Source: an uncultured Mycoplasmatota bacterium
GTDB taxonomy: Bacteria > Bacillota_I > Bacilli_A > RF39 > UBA660
Direction of reading: 5' to 3'
Assembly: GCA_946497925.1 (NCBI GenBank)
Contig: CAMMMG010000002.1
Coordinates: 398-64,397, forward strand
Length of the DNA stretch: 64,000 nt
Shown here one piece after another: positions 1 through 10,161 of the stretch. The notes beneath the pieces are model-generated. The model did not search any database and was not told the origin of the DNA. It saw nothing but the letters and a program-made list of their open reading frames with translations. Position numbers and translations under genes: made by a program. Every line of letters begins with the position of its first letter. Positions within the stretch are counted from its first letter, which is position 1.

Positions 1-1
1 T

Positions 2-382
2 GAAATAAATTATGAAACATCTAAAATGAGAGAAAATGATTATTCATTAGAAGAATTAAATTTAATAATATCTGAAAAATATAAAAGAATAATAGATAAT
101 GCTTCTTCTATAAAATACAATAACAAATATTATTTGTTATGTAATTCTGAAACTGGAGAAGTAACTTGTTTTAAAAGTAAAACTGAATGTACTTTTATAA
201 TTGCATATGACGGTACTTATTGGGGACAAGTAGAAGGACAATATTACATGTTAATAGAACTTGAATCAAGAGATACAATAATGAAAAAAGAAATTGATAA
301 CAATAAACCGATAGAGAAAAAGCCTTATGTTCCACCTGCTAATCATCCATGGAGAAAAAGTTACAAAAAAATAACCAGTTGA
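2..382 (+). CDS. 3' part of a hypothetical ORF open to the left window edge (possibly transposon-borne)
   Basis: The frame is open from nt 2, upstream of the ATG at 26. It stops 12-15 nt before the repeat array at 398-508. No family was recognised. Confidence 0.35.
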   Translation, partial: EINYETSKMRENDYSLEELNLIISEKYKRIIDNASSIKYNNKYYLLCNSETGEVTCFKSKTECTFIIAYDGTYWGQVEGQYYMLIELESRDTIMKKEIDNNKPIEKKPYVPPANHPWRKSYKKITS

Positions 383-397
383 TGGTTATTTTTAAGT

Positions 398-512
398 GAG
401 ACATTTTCACTAATTTTTAACGTGTATAACTATAATATTATATTTATATTTAGTGGGACATTTTTACTTATTTTTGAAAATTAAAACGAGACATTTTAAC
501 TAATTAATCACA
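398..512 (+). mobile_element. Putative transposon end: three dispersed ~21-nt direct repeats, terminus ...CACA
   Basis: The repeats are GAGACATTTTCACTAATTTTT (398-418), GGGACATTTTTACTTATTTTT (455-475) and GAGACATTTTAACTAATTAAT (488-508). The last is followed by CACA at 509-512, directly abutting the stop codon of the next gene. Confidence 0.35.
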
Positions 513-1685
513 CTATTTCTCATTTTTTATCATTACAATAAAATCTTTAAACAAATATATAAGAATACCAAAGAAAATCATAGAAAGTAAATAAGATGGT
601 ACTAAATAACTATTAAATAAAAACATACAATAAGAGGTAATTGAAATAAAAGAAATAAGAATAGCGACAAGGTAATTTCTTTTATAAAGAACGCAATATA
701 AAAGACTAAATATATCAGCAGCAAATAAATATCTCTCATGCATATAAGGTAAGAAATAAGTACAAAGAACAATAGATAGTACACCTAGTAAAAGTATCTT
801 TTCCATATTAAAATTAACTTTTTTCTTTATAATATAGAATAATAAGAAAGCAAAAATTATAATTAAAGTAAGTATTCCAATTTTTGATAAATATTGTTCA
901 TTGCCATTAATTAAACTATATAAATTTGGAAAATTTAAATTTAAACTTTTATATGTTGAAGTCTGATTAAAATAAACCAACAAACACTCAGAAATAGGCT
1001 TACCTGCAATTATAGCCGGTAAACAAAGAATAAAATTTACTAAAGGAATTATAAGAAAGTAAAGAATTGAAAAATTCTTCTTTCTAAAATATAAGATTAT
1101 ATATACTGGAAGAACAAAAATAAACTGTAATTTAAAAGCAAATGCTAGTCCTAATGAAATAAATGAAAATAACGTCTTATCCTTATATAGAAAATAAAAG
1201 GCAAGTACTAAAAAGGTAGTATAAATAACATCACATTGAGCCCAAAGTGCCCCATTCATAACAACAGTAGGTAAAAATAATGTTATTCCAAAAGCTAAAA
1301 TAGATAGCATTTTACGATTATTATCTTTGCTTATAACATCATAAACAAATTTTCCAACTAAAAAAGCCAGAATATAATCAAAAATAATAGAGATAATTTT
1401 AATACTAATTAAAGGATTAATTTTTAAATAAGTCAACAATGCTAATATTGTCATATATGGAGCATTATAATCTCCAGGATAATTAGCAAGACCACTCAAA
1501 CCTCCCGCTTCCTTTAGTTCATAAAACCATGGACTTAAAAAGTTTTTAAAATCTTCAGACTGATATGACAGCATAAAATAACGAAGAATTAATGAAAAAA
1601 GTACAATTCCTATTATAATTAAACAATCAATATGATTTTCAATCCAGTTTATAAATTTATTTTCTACTTTCGATATTTTTTCCAT
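513..1685 (-). CDS. Polytopic GT-C-type membrane glycosyltransferase (DUF2029/GT87-like)
   Basis: 390 aa, about 10 hydrophobic helices, no soluble domain. It overlaps the next GT-C gene and lies in a glycan locus. Confidence 0.5.
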   Translation of the reverse strand: MEKISKVENKFINWIENHIDCLIIIGIVLFSLILRYFMLSYQSEDFKNFLSPWFYELKEAGGLSGLANYPGDYNAPYMTILALLTYLKINPLISIKIISIIFDYILAFLVGKFVYDVISKDNNRKMLSILAFGITLFLPTVVMNGALWAQCDVIYTTFLVLAFYFLYKDKTLFSFISLGLAFAFKLQFIFVLPVYIILYFRKKNFSILYFLIIPLVNFILCLPAIIAGKPISECLLVYFNQTSTYKSLNLNFPNLYSLINGNEQYLSKIGILTLIIIFAFLLFYIIKKKVNFNMEKILLLGVLSIVLCTYFLPYMHERYLFAADIFSLLYCVLYKRNYLVAILISFISITSYCMFLFNSYLVPSYLLSMIFFGILIYLFKDFIVMIKNEK

Positions 1686-3217
1686 TTTAAACCTCCTAAT
1701 AACTTCAACTTATCAATATAATAAACAATTATAATAATAAAAATTGGAATATAATTATATAAATATCTAGAACGATTCTCCCAAACTAATAAGAATAAAA
1801 GTAACAAAAATATTGACATATGCTCTACTAAAGTTTCTTTATCTTTTTTCTTATAACAATAAAAACCAGAAAAACAAAGAATAAACAAAAAGGCAACTTG
1901 AACACCTTCCTCAAAATAGAAAATTACATCGTTATTTTGACTTGTTAAAAATATTTGAACTTTAGTATCATGATTTACATTTTTATTTATAGTTAAAGCA
2001 ACTGGAGCATAATAACTTCCATCACCCCAAGCATTAACCGCTTTTTTAGTTAAATAGTCCATATAGCAAAAAAAACCATAGTTTTTCAAGCGTTTACCAA
2101 TTTCTTCAAAATGACGAGGCACACTATCTTTACCTGTCTTATAACTTTGAGTAATCTTATAATCTTTAAGATTATAACCACCATAACTATTTCTATCAGA
2201 ATTATCAGCATTAGGATCTTCTATTCCCATCATAAGCCAATGAGTAACAGGTATTTTTCCATAATCATTAACTTCGAATGAAAAACTTTCTCGTTCTACA
2301 ATTGTTTTCTGATATATTATATTAGAACCTAAATAACATACACAAAAAATCATTAAAAATAATAAACATGTCTTATATTTCTTTACTATAATAAAATAGA
2401 AAATAAAACCTACAAAGAAAAACAAAACTGTCATTTTAATCTTCATTCCAACAAAAAGAGCCAAAGCCATAAATATAAATATTAAAATATTTTTTTTCAA
2501 CTTATTATCTTCGATAAATGTTGATAAGAATAATAAAAATGGTCCAAAGGCAATAGATAATGTATCAGAATAAAAAATTGGTAAATATAAATATAAAGGC
2601 AGAAAGAAAAAACTAATGAGCAAACTAAAATAAGCTTTTTCTTTTCCAAATTTTCTATAACAATAAAGAACTAAAAAAAGTATAGAAAGAAAAATACTAA
2701 TGCCATTAAAGAAAATACCTACAGAAAGAAAATTATTAATACCGAAAAACTGACCTATTTTAAAGAATACTACTTCTAACGTAAAAATAAAAATATTATT
2801 TGGAAAAAGTTGAAAATATTCTGGATATGTAGCCAATAAATTACGATTTCCTGTTAGAACATATGACTTTGCTTGATTATATACAACATCAAAATCCCAT
2901 CCAAGTGGAGCATCAAAAGCTATTGAAACAAGTATTAAAATAATAATTGATATCACAAAAGTCAACCCAAAAAGAATATAAATCGCTTTCTTAGATAACT
3001 TAGAAAAAAGTTTCTTTATAAATTTATAAAGAAAATACCATAAAATACATACCAAAATTCCAATAATTAAATAAATTAAAGGATTAAATTTTTTATAAAC
3101 AGATATATCCCTAAAAAAGCAATTAATAAAGACATAAGAAAAACTTAAAGTAAAAATAAAGTAAAAAATAGAAAGCAAAATATTTCTAAAATTTTTATTA
3201 TTACTATTTTTATTCAT
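1664..3217 (-). CDS. Polytopic GT-C-type membrane glycosyltransferase (ArnT/PMT-like)
   Basis: 517 aa with many TM helices plus one ~100-aa hydrophilic loop (EDPNADNSDRNSYGGYN...). It sits in the glycan locus. Confidence 0.5.
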   Translation of the reverse strand: MNKNSNNKNFRNILLSIFYFIFTLSFSYVFINCFFRDISVYKKFNPLIYLIIGILVCILWYFLYKFIKKLFSKLSKKAIYILFGLTFVISIIILILVSIAFDAPLGWDFDVVYNQAKSYVLTGNRNLLATYPEYFQLFPNNIFIFTLEVVFFKIGQFFGINNFLSVGIFFNGISIFLSILFLVLYCYRKFGKEKAYFSLLISFFFLPLYLYLPIFYSDTLSIAFGPFLLFLSTFIEDNKLKKNILIFIFMALALFVGMKIKMTVLFFFVGFIFYFIIVKKYKTCLLFLMIFCVCYLGSNIIYQKTIVERESFSFEVNDYGKIPVTHWLMMGIEDPNADNSDRNSYGGYNLKDYKITQSYKTGKDSVPRHFEEIGKRLKNYGFFCYMDYLTKKAVNAWGDGSYYAPVALTINKNVNHDTKVQIFLTSQNNDVIFYFEEGVQVAFLFILCFSGFYCYKKKDKETLVEHMSIFLLLLFLLVWENRSRYLYNYIPIFIIIIVYYIDKLKLLGGLKWKKYRK

Positions 3218-3226
3218 AAATGCCTC

Positions 3227-5161
3227 CTATTTTTCCTTATCTAATTGCCATACTCTTATTAAAAACTTATACCTTTTTTCTATTTCAGATTGTTGTTTTT
3301 TAGAAAATTTATACATAGTTCCTATTTCTTTATGAACCTTTTTAATTTCGTTCAACTGAGCTTGCTTTTTATTCAAACTAGTAACATTATTACCATGAAC
3401 ACGATAAAAATTATAAGGCTTATTTATAAAAGATATCTTACCTTCTCTCATAACATTAACATAAAATAACCAATCTCCAGCTTGTTTATATTTACCTGAC
3501 TTAGTAAAATACTTTTTATAATTGCCATTTTTAAAAATAACAGAAGAAACATTAGCAATAGTACAATTCAAATAAGCATATTTTTTTATTTCATCTTCAC
3601 CATTTTCAACAAAGTCATGATCCCAATGACCTGATTTCAATATATCTATTTCAGGTTTTATAGAAGGAAGAATTATCTTACCAAATTTATCTATAAAAGC
3701 TGTATCAGCATATGATATTACTATAGAATCATCTTCTTTAATTGGTTTTAAAACAGATTTTAAAAATTGTTTTTGACAAAAATCATCTGCTTCTGCAATC
3801 CAAACATAATCACCTGTAGCATTTTCAAAACCTTTCTCCCATTGTTTAAAAGCTGAACCACTATTAACATCATTATAATTTTTTTTAATATTAATATATT
3901 CTTTAAGCTTATCAACAAGATCATCTATAACTTCTCTACTATTATCTTTAGAACAATCATCCAAAATTATTAACTCATCTATTTTTTCAGTCTGATATAA
4001 AATACTATAGATTCTCTGATACATAAAATCAGCATAATTATAGTTTGGTATTACTACAGAAACAGTTTTACCACTTCCTTTTTTCTTACTTTGTTTTTCT
4101 GCCAAAGAAATAAGCTTATCTATAGTTATATCAGAAGGAATAACTGATTTAACTATATTTCTAGAATAAAACTTATAAAAAGATATCATAATATTTGCTA
4201 AAAAAGAAAAGCCACTATCATTAAATTTTAAGTAAAGTTTATAATAATATTTATGTTTAGTACCCTGAGTTTCTAAAAAGTTCCAAAAATAATGATTTTG
4301 TCTTATTTTATATTTAGCACTTCTCTTATATAATTCTTTTAAGAATTTATAACGTTTTATAAACTTATCTTCTTTAGGTGGAATATATAAATAAAACATA
4401 ATAACCTGTTGATATATAATTATATCAAAATACTTTTTATATCCTTTTACTTTATTGATATGGCTCTCTAAAATATCAAGTGCTTTAAAAATATCAAATC
4501 TTTTAAAGCTTAAAGTATCATTCTGTGTAGATTTTTGTCTTTGAATATAATTATAATAAGTATCACCAGTATAAGCTATTTTTTTAGCATTTATTATAGC
4601 AGCTAATACAGTAGCAACATCTTCATTCATTATCCCAGTTGGAAATGGAAACTTTTCTAATAACTCTTTTCTAAATAACTTATTACAAGGTGAAGCTGCA
4701 TGACCTTGATTTAAGATATTCTCTTTTGTAACTCTTCCTTCACATTCAACAGCCCTTACATCAGTTTGATTTTCAAAAGATGAATCATACTTTATAAAGA
4801 TATCACATACTGCAACATCAGCTTTTTCTTTAGTAATAGCTTTATATAATTCTTCATAAAAATTATCTTCTAAATAATCATCGGAATCAATAAAAGATAT
4901 TAAATCATATTTAGCTTCTTTTAAAGCAATATTTCTATTATAACCAGCACCATGATTTTCCTTATTTTTAATTAGTTTTATATAAGGACATTTTTTCATA
5001 TAACGATTAATAATAGAAACTGTTTTATCAGTAGAACAATCATCAACTAAGATAATTTCAAACTTTTCTAAGTTTTGATTCAAAATAGAATCTAAGCATT
5101 TTTCAATATATTGTTCTGTATTATAACATGGTATTATAATTGATATTCCTTCTTTTTTCAT
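3227..5161 (-). CDS. Two-domain family-2 glycosyltransferase
   Basis: Two GT-A modules are present: ISIIIPCYN...VDDCSTD...DSDD near the N-terminus and VSVVIPNYN...LDDCSKD...EADD from ~aa 365. Confidence 0.8.
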   Translation of the reverse strand: MKKEGISIIIPCYNTEQYIEKCLDSILNQNLEKFEIILVDDCSTDKTVSIINRYMKKCPYIKLIKNKENHGAGYNRNIALKEAKYDLISFIDSDDYLEDNFYEELYKAITKEKADVAVCDIFIKYDSSFENQTDVRAVECEGRVTKENILNQGHAASPCNKLFRKELLEKFPFPTGIMNEDVATVLAAIINAKKIAYTGDTYYNYIQRQKSTQNDTLSFKRFDIFKALDILESHINKVKGYKKYFDIIIYQQVIMFYLYIPPKEDKFIKRYKFLKELYKRSAKYKIRQNHYFWNFLETQGTKHKYYYKLYLKFNDSGFSFLANIMISFYKFYSRNIVKSVIPSDITIDKLISLAEKQSKKKGSGKTVSVVIPNYNYADFMYQRIYSILYQTEKIDELIILDDCSKDNSREVIDDLVDKLKEYINIKKNYNDVNSGSAFKQWEKGFENATGDYVWIAEADDFCQKQFLKSVLKPIKEDDSIVISYADTAFIDKFGKIILPSIKPEIDILKSGHWDHDFVENGEDEIKKYAYLNCTIANVSSVIFKNGNYKKYFTKSGKYKQAGDWLFYVNVMREGKISFINKPYNFYRVHGNNVTSLNKKQAQLNEIKKVHKEIGTMYKFSKKQQSEIEKRYKFLIRVWQLDKEK

Positions 5162-5171
5162 AATGTACTCC

Positions 5172-6065
5172 TTATATTTTTTTATTTTTAATCATAACTT
5201 CTTTTAATAGTTTTAATGATTTTAATATATTACTTTCTCTAAAAATTAATTTTCTATATAAATCATCATTATAATCATAATTAAGAGAAGACCCTTCTTT
5301 ATGAAATATTTCTATATTAGGATCATAAATAAATTTTAAATTATCTTTTCTTCTACGATAATTTAAAAACTCTTCTTCATGATAAAGAAATGTACGAGAA
5401 TAAAAGCAATCTTTATATTTATCATAATATCTTTTAGAAAAGATAATTGCACACCCATGAAGGGCTACATCTTCTAAAAAACAATCAGCATTTTCCAAAT
5501 GACTAGGTTTCTTTATAAGTCTTTTTATTTTAGAATAAGTTCTTAGTAAAAACCTTTTAAACTTACTATTATAAATTCCTAACAACATTTCTGACTTATC
5601 AATCGCTTTATTTACTTTATCTAAAGTATCATAAACTGGAAAAGGATTTACTGAATCTCCTTCATTAGTTAGAATTTTAAATCCTAATGCATCAAAAGGA
5701 TGCTCTTTATAAATATTTTGTATTCTCTTTAATAAATCTTTTTGAGTTAATAAAGTATCATTATTAATAACAATCATAAAATCAGGCTGATACTTTTCTC
5801 TTGCTAATTCTATTCCCTTATTATTACCTTTAGCAAAACCAATATTTTCTTCTAAAATTATTAGATCATCTACTAAAGTCTTTAACTTTCTATCATCTTC
5901 TTCTACACCACTATTATTATCTACAACAATAATTTTATAGTTCTTATCTTCAAGAGTTCTAATTGAATTTATACACTCTATCGTATCATTAATATTCTTA
6001 TAATGTAAAATTATAAATACTGCTTCTACTCTTTCCTTTTTTTTCATCTTATAATTCCTCAGCAA
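5172..6065 (-). CDS. Family-2 glycosyltransferase (rhamnosyltransferase-like)
   Basis: It has VFIILHYKN...VVDNNS...INNDT motifs. Its start overlaps the end of the permease gene by 17 nt. Confidence 0.7.
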   Translation of the reverse strand: MLRNYKMKKKERVEAVFIILHYKNINDTIECINSIRTLEDKNYKIIVVDNNSGVEEDDRKLKTLVDDLIILEENIGFAKGNNKGIELAREKYQPDFMIVINNDTLLTQKDLLKRIQNIYKEHPFDALGFKILTNEGDSVNPFPVYDTLDKVNKAIDKSEMLLGIYNSKFKRFLLRTYSKIKRLIKKPSHLENADCFLEDVALHGCAIIFSKRYYDKYKDCFYSRTFLYHEEEFLNYRRRKDNLKFIYDPNIEIFHKEGSSLNYDYNDDLYRKLIFRESNILKSLKLLKEVMIKNKKI

Positions 6066-6834
6066 ATCTTTTTTCCAATTTTTTGAATATTTGATAACCT
6101 ACAATAAGTATGACGAAACTAATAATTCCAACTATAGCAAGTATAGAAAAATCTGGTAATACTTGATAATAGAATATATCTCTATATGCATTAATAATAT
6201 GGGCCATAGGATTAATATTCATAATCCATTCAAAAGCTGTATTTGCAAACAATTCACTAGAATATAAGATAGGTGTAGCATAAAATAACATCATAACAAT
6301 AAAATTAACTATATATTCAATATCTCTAATATAAACATTTATAGCACTTAAGATAAATATAATACCTAAGGATAAAATATATTGAATAAGAGTAATTAAT
6401 GGTAAGAGTAACATAACAAGTGATAAACTCATTCCACCAAAAATAATAAATATTAAAATAATAATACAAGAAATAAAGAAATTAATTAAACCACTAGTAA
6501 CTACCGATATTGGTAATATTTCTCTAGGAAAATAAACTTTCTTTATTATATTACCATTATTAACTATAGTAGTAGTTCCCTGATTAACTACAGTAGTAAA
6601 AAAGTTCCAAGGAATAATTCCTATTATAAGAAATATAACATAATTAGGTTCTGAACTTTTTAAAATTAATGGAAAAACTATTGCGTATACTAAAACCATT
6701 AATAATGGATTAATAAAAGACCATAAAACACCTAGAAAAGATCCTTTATATTTACCACGTATTTCCTTTCTGACATTTGTCTTTAAAAGTTCACGATATT
6801 GATATAAATCTTTAAAAATCTTCATTATAATCAC
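6049..6834 (-). CDS. ABC-2 type polysaccharide/teichoic-acid export permease (Wzm/TagG-like)
   Basis: 261 aa with 6 TM helices. It lies immediately downstream of the ATPase, with stop and start adjacent. Confidence 0.8.
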   Translation of the reverse strand: MIIMKIFKDLYQYRELLKTNVRKEIRGKYKGSFLGVLWSFINPLLMVLVYAIVFPLILKSSEPNYVIFLIIGIIPWNFFTTVVNQGTTTIVNNGNIIKKVYFPREILPISVVTSGLINFFISCIIILIFIIFGGMSLSLVMLLLPLITLIQYILSLGIIFILSAINVYIRDIEYIVNFIVMMLFYATPILYSSELFANTAFEWIMNINPMAHIINAYRDIFYYQVLPDFSILAIVGIISFVILIVGYQIFKKLEKRFAEEL

Positions 6835-7581
6835 CTACTGACATATTTTTAAGTATTCCTCTACCACTTTATTTGGCTCATCATCCATTTTAACTTTTCC
6901 TTCATAAATCCATACCGCTCTAGTACACAATTTTTTTACAGCATTTAAATCATGAGTAACAATAACAATTGTTTTATCACTTTTCTTAAGTTCATCTAAC
7001 TTAGCAAAACACTTTTCTTGAAAATGTTGATCTCCTACAGCCAAAATCTCATCTACTAATAAAATATCTGCATCAACATTAATAGCAATAGAAAAAGCAA
7101 GTCTCATATACATTCCAGAAGAATAAGTACGTACTGGGCTATCAATAAAATTATCTAGTTCAGAGAATGAAATAATATCATCCAATCTTTTATCTATTTC
7201 AGATTTTGACAATCCAAAAATAGAAGCATTGAAATAAATATTTTCCCTTCCTGTGAAATCAGGATGAAACCCAGCTCCTAATTCCAAAAGAGATGTTAGT
7301 TTTCCATTAGTAACAATTGTCCCCTTATTAGGATAAATAATCTTAGTCATTAACTTTAAAAGTGTAGATTTACCACTACCATTAGTACCAACTAAAGCAA
7401 CAGTTTCTCCTTTTTTTATATCAAGATTAATATTTTCTAAAACTATCCTATTTTCGGCTTTATTACGAGTAATATTAACAAGCCTTTCTTTTAATGTATT
7501 TGGTTTATCATAATATAGTTTAAAATACTTTGTAACATTTTTTACTCTTATAGCAAATTCACTATCTTTTTTAGCCATCAA
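6835..7581 (-). CDS. Polysaccharide/teichoic-acid export ABC ATPase (Wzt/TagH-like, no C-terminal carbohydrate-binding extension)
   Basis: Walker A GTNGSGKST, signature YSSGMYMRL and Walker B ILLVDE are present. At 248 aa it consists of the NBD only. Confidence 0.85.
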   Translation of the reverse strand: MMAKKDSEFAIRVKNVTKYFKLYYDKPNTLKERLVNITRNKAENRIVLENINLDIKKGETVALVGTNGSGKSTLLKLMTKIIYPNKGTIVTNGKLTSLLELGAGFHPDFTGRENIYFNASIFGLSKSEIDKRLDDIISFSELDNFIDSPVRTYSSGMYMRLAFSIAINVDADILLVDEILAVGDQHFQEKCFAKLDELKKSDKTIVIVTHDLNAVKKLCTRAVWIYEGKVKMDDEPNKVVEEYLKICQ

Positions 7582-7647
7582 GTACTCCTCCTTACTTTTG
7601 GTTACATACTTATTATATCATGTCTACATTTTATTGACAAACAATCA

Positions 7648-10152
7648 TTAAACTAATTTAACAACATTTTTGCCATCTCTACAAAAATCATCATCTAAAT
7701 ACAATACTTTTTCTAAATCACCACTACTTTTATTTAAAAATTGACACAAGAAATTATAATGAGCATTTATTGTTTTAATTTCAAACGGCTTCAATGATTC
7801 ATGTTTATAAGATTTTAAACCATCAATAGTTCCACAATATATAGAATCAAGATACTTCTTCTTTTGACGGTTAAAAGTACCATCTTTAAAAACCGGCTTA
7901 TTATTATTAAAGCAAACTAACTGTCCTTCAGGAGCAGAAAGAAAAGATTCCAAATATAATGATTTTTTATAAAAATTGTTTTCAATATTAATCTGACCAT
8001 TATTATCTATATTAAAACATCCAATGATATTACAACCTATTTCTATAACCTTTTTAGGATTGTTTAAAGCAAAATAATAGCCATCAATTTTCTTATTTAA
8101 TAATTTAGATAAATAATATTGAATAGTTCCAGAATAACCTAAATCAACAATTCCAAAGTTGTGATTTCTTATATTTTTACATGTTCTTTTTATATAATTT
8201 AGATAATTCGTTCTTTCATTGGCAGCATTTTTTAATATTACCAAACTATTATCTTTAATAATTTTTTCTACTTTTGAAAAATCATCTGGTAGTTTAATTT
8301 CTTCTTTTGACAAATTAGGAATTGTAACCCCAAATCGATTTTCAAAATAGTTATCTATAGAACCAATATATTCATATTTAGCTATTTCTAACAAATCTTC
8401 AATTGTTTTACAAAAAGATACTGTAACTGCTCTTCTAGATGAAAGAAAATAGATGCTATTTACTTTTGCTTTTGCAAACAATTCACAATATTTTTCATAA
8501 ATTGGTTGTAAATAATAGCCTTCTCTAGAAACAAAAAGAATATTTTGCACCTTATTATTTTTTACAAACCAATCAAAGAAAGTATAAAATATTGGAGCCA
8601 AAAAGTAATAACCATATAATTTTAAATTATTATCTATTTTTTCCTTGCTAGTAAATGGTGAATTAAATATAAATTTATTATATATAATAGCTAGTTCTGA
8701 ACGAATTTTCAGTTCTTTCTCTTCTAAAATATTGCTATATTTCAAATAATCTTGACTGCTTAATATTTTTATTGCAGCACGATTTCGCTTTAGAACTTGA
8801 AGATAATCAGAATTATAGTTATCTCCAACATGAATAGTTTTCTCTCTATTATTAGAAAAATATTTATCCCATAACTCACCACTATCTTTTCGCATATTTT
8901 GTTCATTTGATAAATATAGCTTTCTATAATCATTAATACCACATTTCTTCAATATTTTTACAATAGTATCTTTGGATAAATACATATCTGAAATAAGATC
9001 TATTTTCTTTCCCATTTTTAATAATTTTTTATATAACTTTACTACATCATAGCGAGGTGTAATATGTTCTAATTCTAAAGATATTTCAAGTTCTTTTAAC
9101 TTCTCTATTTCCGTTTTAGTTAATTTTTCAGATTTTAACATAAAGTTATAAATGTCATCTAAATTGACATCTCTGCCTAATGATTTTACTGCTTCCAGTT
9201 CCGCTTTTTTTCTTATTTTCAAAAAATGATCAGATAACTTTAAATTAGATTTTTCTTCTATTAAATTAAAAATATCATCAGGTATTAATACGGTTCTTGT
9301 AACTAAAGTATCAAAAATATCAAAAGTAATAGTTTCATACTGAAGTAAAATATCTAAAAGATTTGAATAAGAAATAGAAAATGTAGGTACTAATTCATTG
9401 ATTTTAATATCAACAAATTGAAATTTTTTTGAAAAAGACATACTATTTTTAGATATAATTTTTAGAGAGTCAAATAATAATTGTCTTTTCAAATAATCCA
9501 TTTCTACAAATTTTTTAATACTTTTTATCTTATCATCTGTAAAAATTTCAGAAGAACACACACACCAATCAATTTTTGTTTTAGTATTTAGTATTGTCTC
9601 TAAAGTACCTGGAGGCCTATTTTCAATCAATTCTATAAATCCAGGATTTAAAGCTAATTTTAATTCGTTTGAATCCCAACAACTTTCGGCAAAGATATAT
9701 GAAGTCTGTTTGTAAAGTATTAATCTCATACATGCCTCTACAAAACCATATTGAAAGTAACATAGTTTTTTTTCAGTTTCGATATCTATAATTATACTAT
9801 ATTTTTTAATATCATCTAAATTATCAAATAAATTTTTTTTATAAATGTGGTTTAAAAAATAAGCTCCCTTAATTTGTTTTTTGTAATCAGTACATATATA
9901 CAAATCAAAAGGAAATAACATTTTTTTTAAAAAATCATTTAATATATTAGTTGTTGGTACAAAATTAATATTAACTGCAATTTTTTTTTCAGAGTATAAT
10001 AAAGGAATGATATCATTATCATTTTTATTAATCTTATAATAATTTAATTCTTCTAGAAATAAATTTCCCAATTTTTGGCTAAACTTAGCCTTATTAATAA
10101 TTTTTATTTTTAATTTTTTTCCAGGAATTATTTTTATATATTTTTTATACAT
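7648..10152 (-). CDS. Large multidomain protein with central HAD-superfamily phosphatase-like domain
   Basis: It has the HAD motifs FDIFDTLVTR (I), ISDMY (II-like) and HVGDNYNSD (IV). About 270 aa N-terminal and ~330 aa C-terminal regions are unassigned. Confidence 0.5.
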   Translation of the reverse strand: MYKKYIKIIPGKKLKIKIINKAKFSQKLGNLFLEELNYYKINKNDNDIIPLLYSEKKIAVNINFVPTTNILNDFLKKMLFPFDLYICTDYKKQIKGAYFLNHIYKKNLFDNLDDIKKYSIIIDIETEKKLCYFQYGFVEACMRLILYKQTSYIFAESCWDSNELKLALNPGFIELIENRPPGTLETILNTKTKIDWCVCSSEIFTDDKIKSIKKFVEMDYLKRQLLFDSLKIISKNSMSFSKKFQFVDIKINELVPTFSISYSNLLDILLQYETITFDIFDTLVTRTVLIPDDIFNLIEEKSNLKLSDHFLKIRKKAELEAVKSLGRDVNLDDIYNFMLKSEKLTKTEIEKLKELEISLELEHITPRYDVVKLYKKLLKMGKKIDLISDMYLSKDTIVKILKKCGINDYRKLYLSNEQNMRKDSGELWDKYFSNNREKTIHVGDNYNSDYLQVLKRNRAAIKILSSQDYLKYSNILEEKELKIRSELAIIYNKFIFNSPFTSKEKIDNNLKLYGYYFLAPIFYTFFDWFVKNNKVQNILFVSREGYYLQPIYEKYCELFAKAKVNSIYFLSSRRAVTVSFCKTIEDLLEIAKYEYIGSIDNYFENRFGVTIPNLSKEEIKLPDDFSKVEKIIKDNSLVILKNAANERTNYLNYIKRTCKNIRNHNFGIVDLGYSGTIQYYLSKLLNKKIDGYYFALNNPKKVIEIGCNIIGCFNIDNNGQINIENNFYKKSLYLESFLSAPEGQLVCFNNNKPVFKDGTFNRQKKKYLDSIYCGTIDGLKSYKHESLKPFEIKTINAHYNFLCQFLNKSSGDLEKVLYLDDDFCRDGKNVVKLV

Positions 10153-10161
10153 ATTAAGCTC

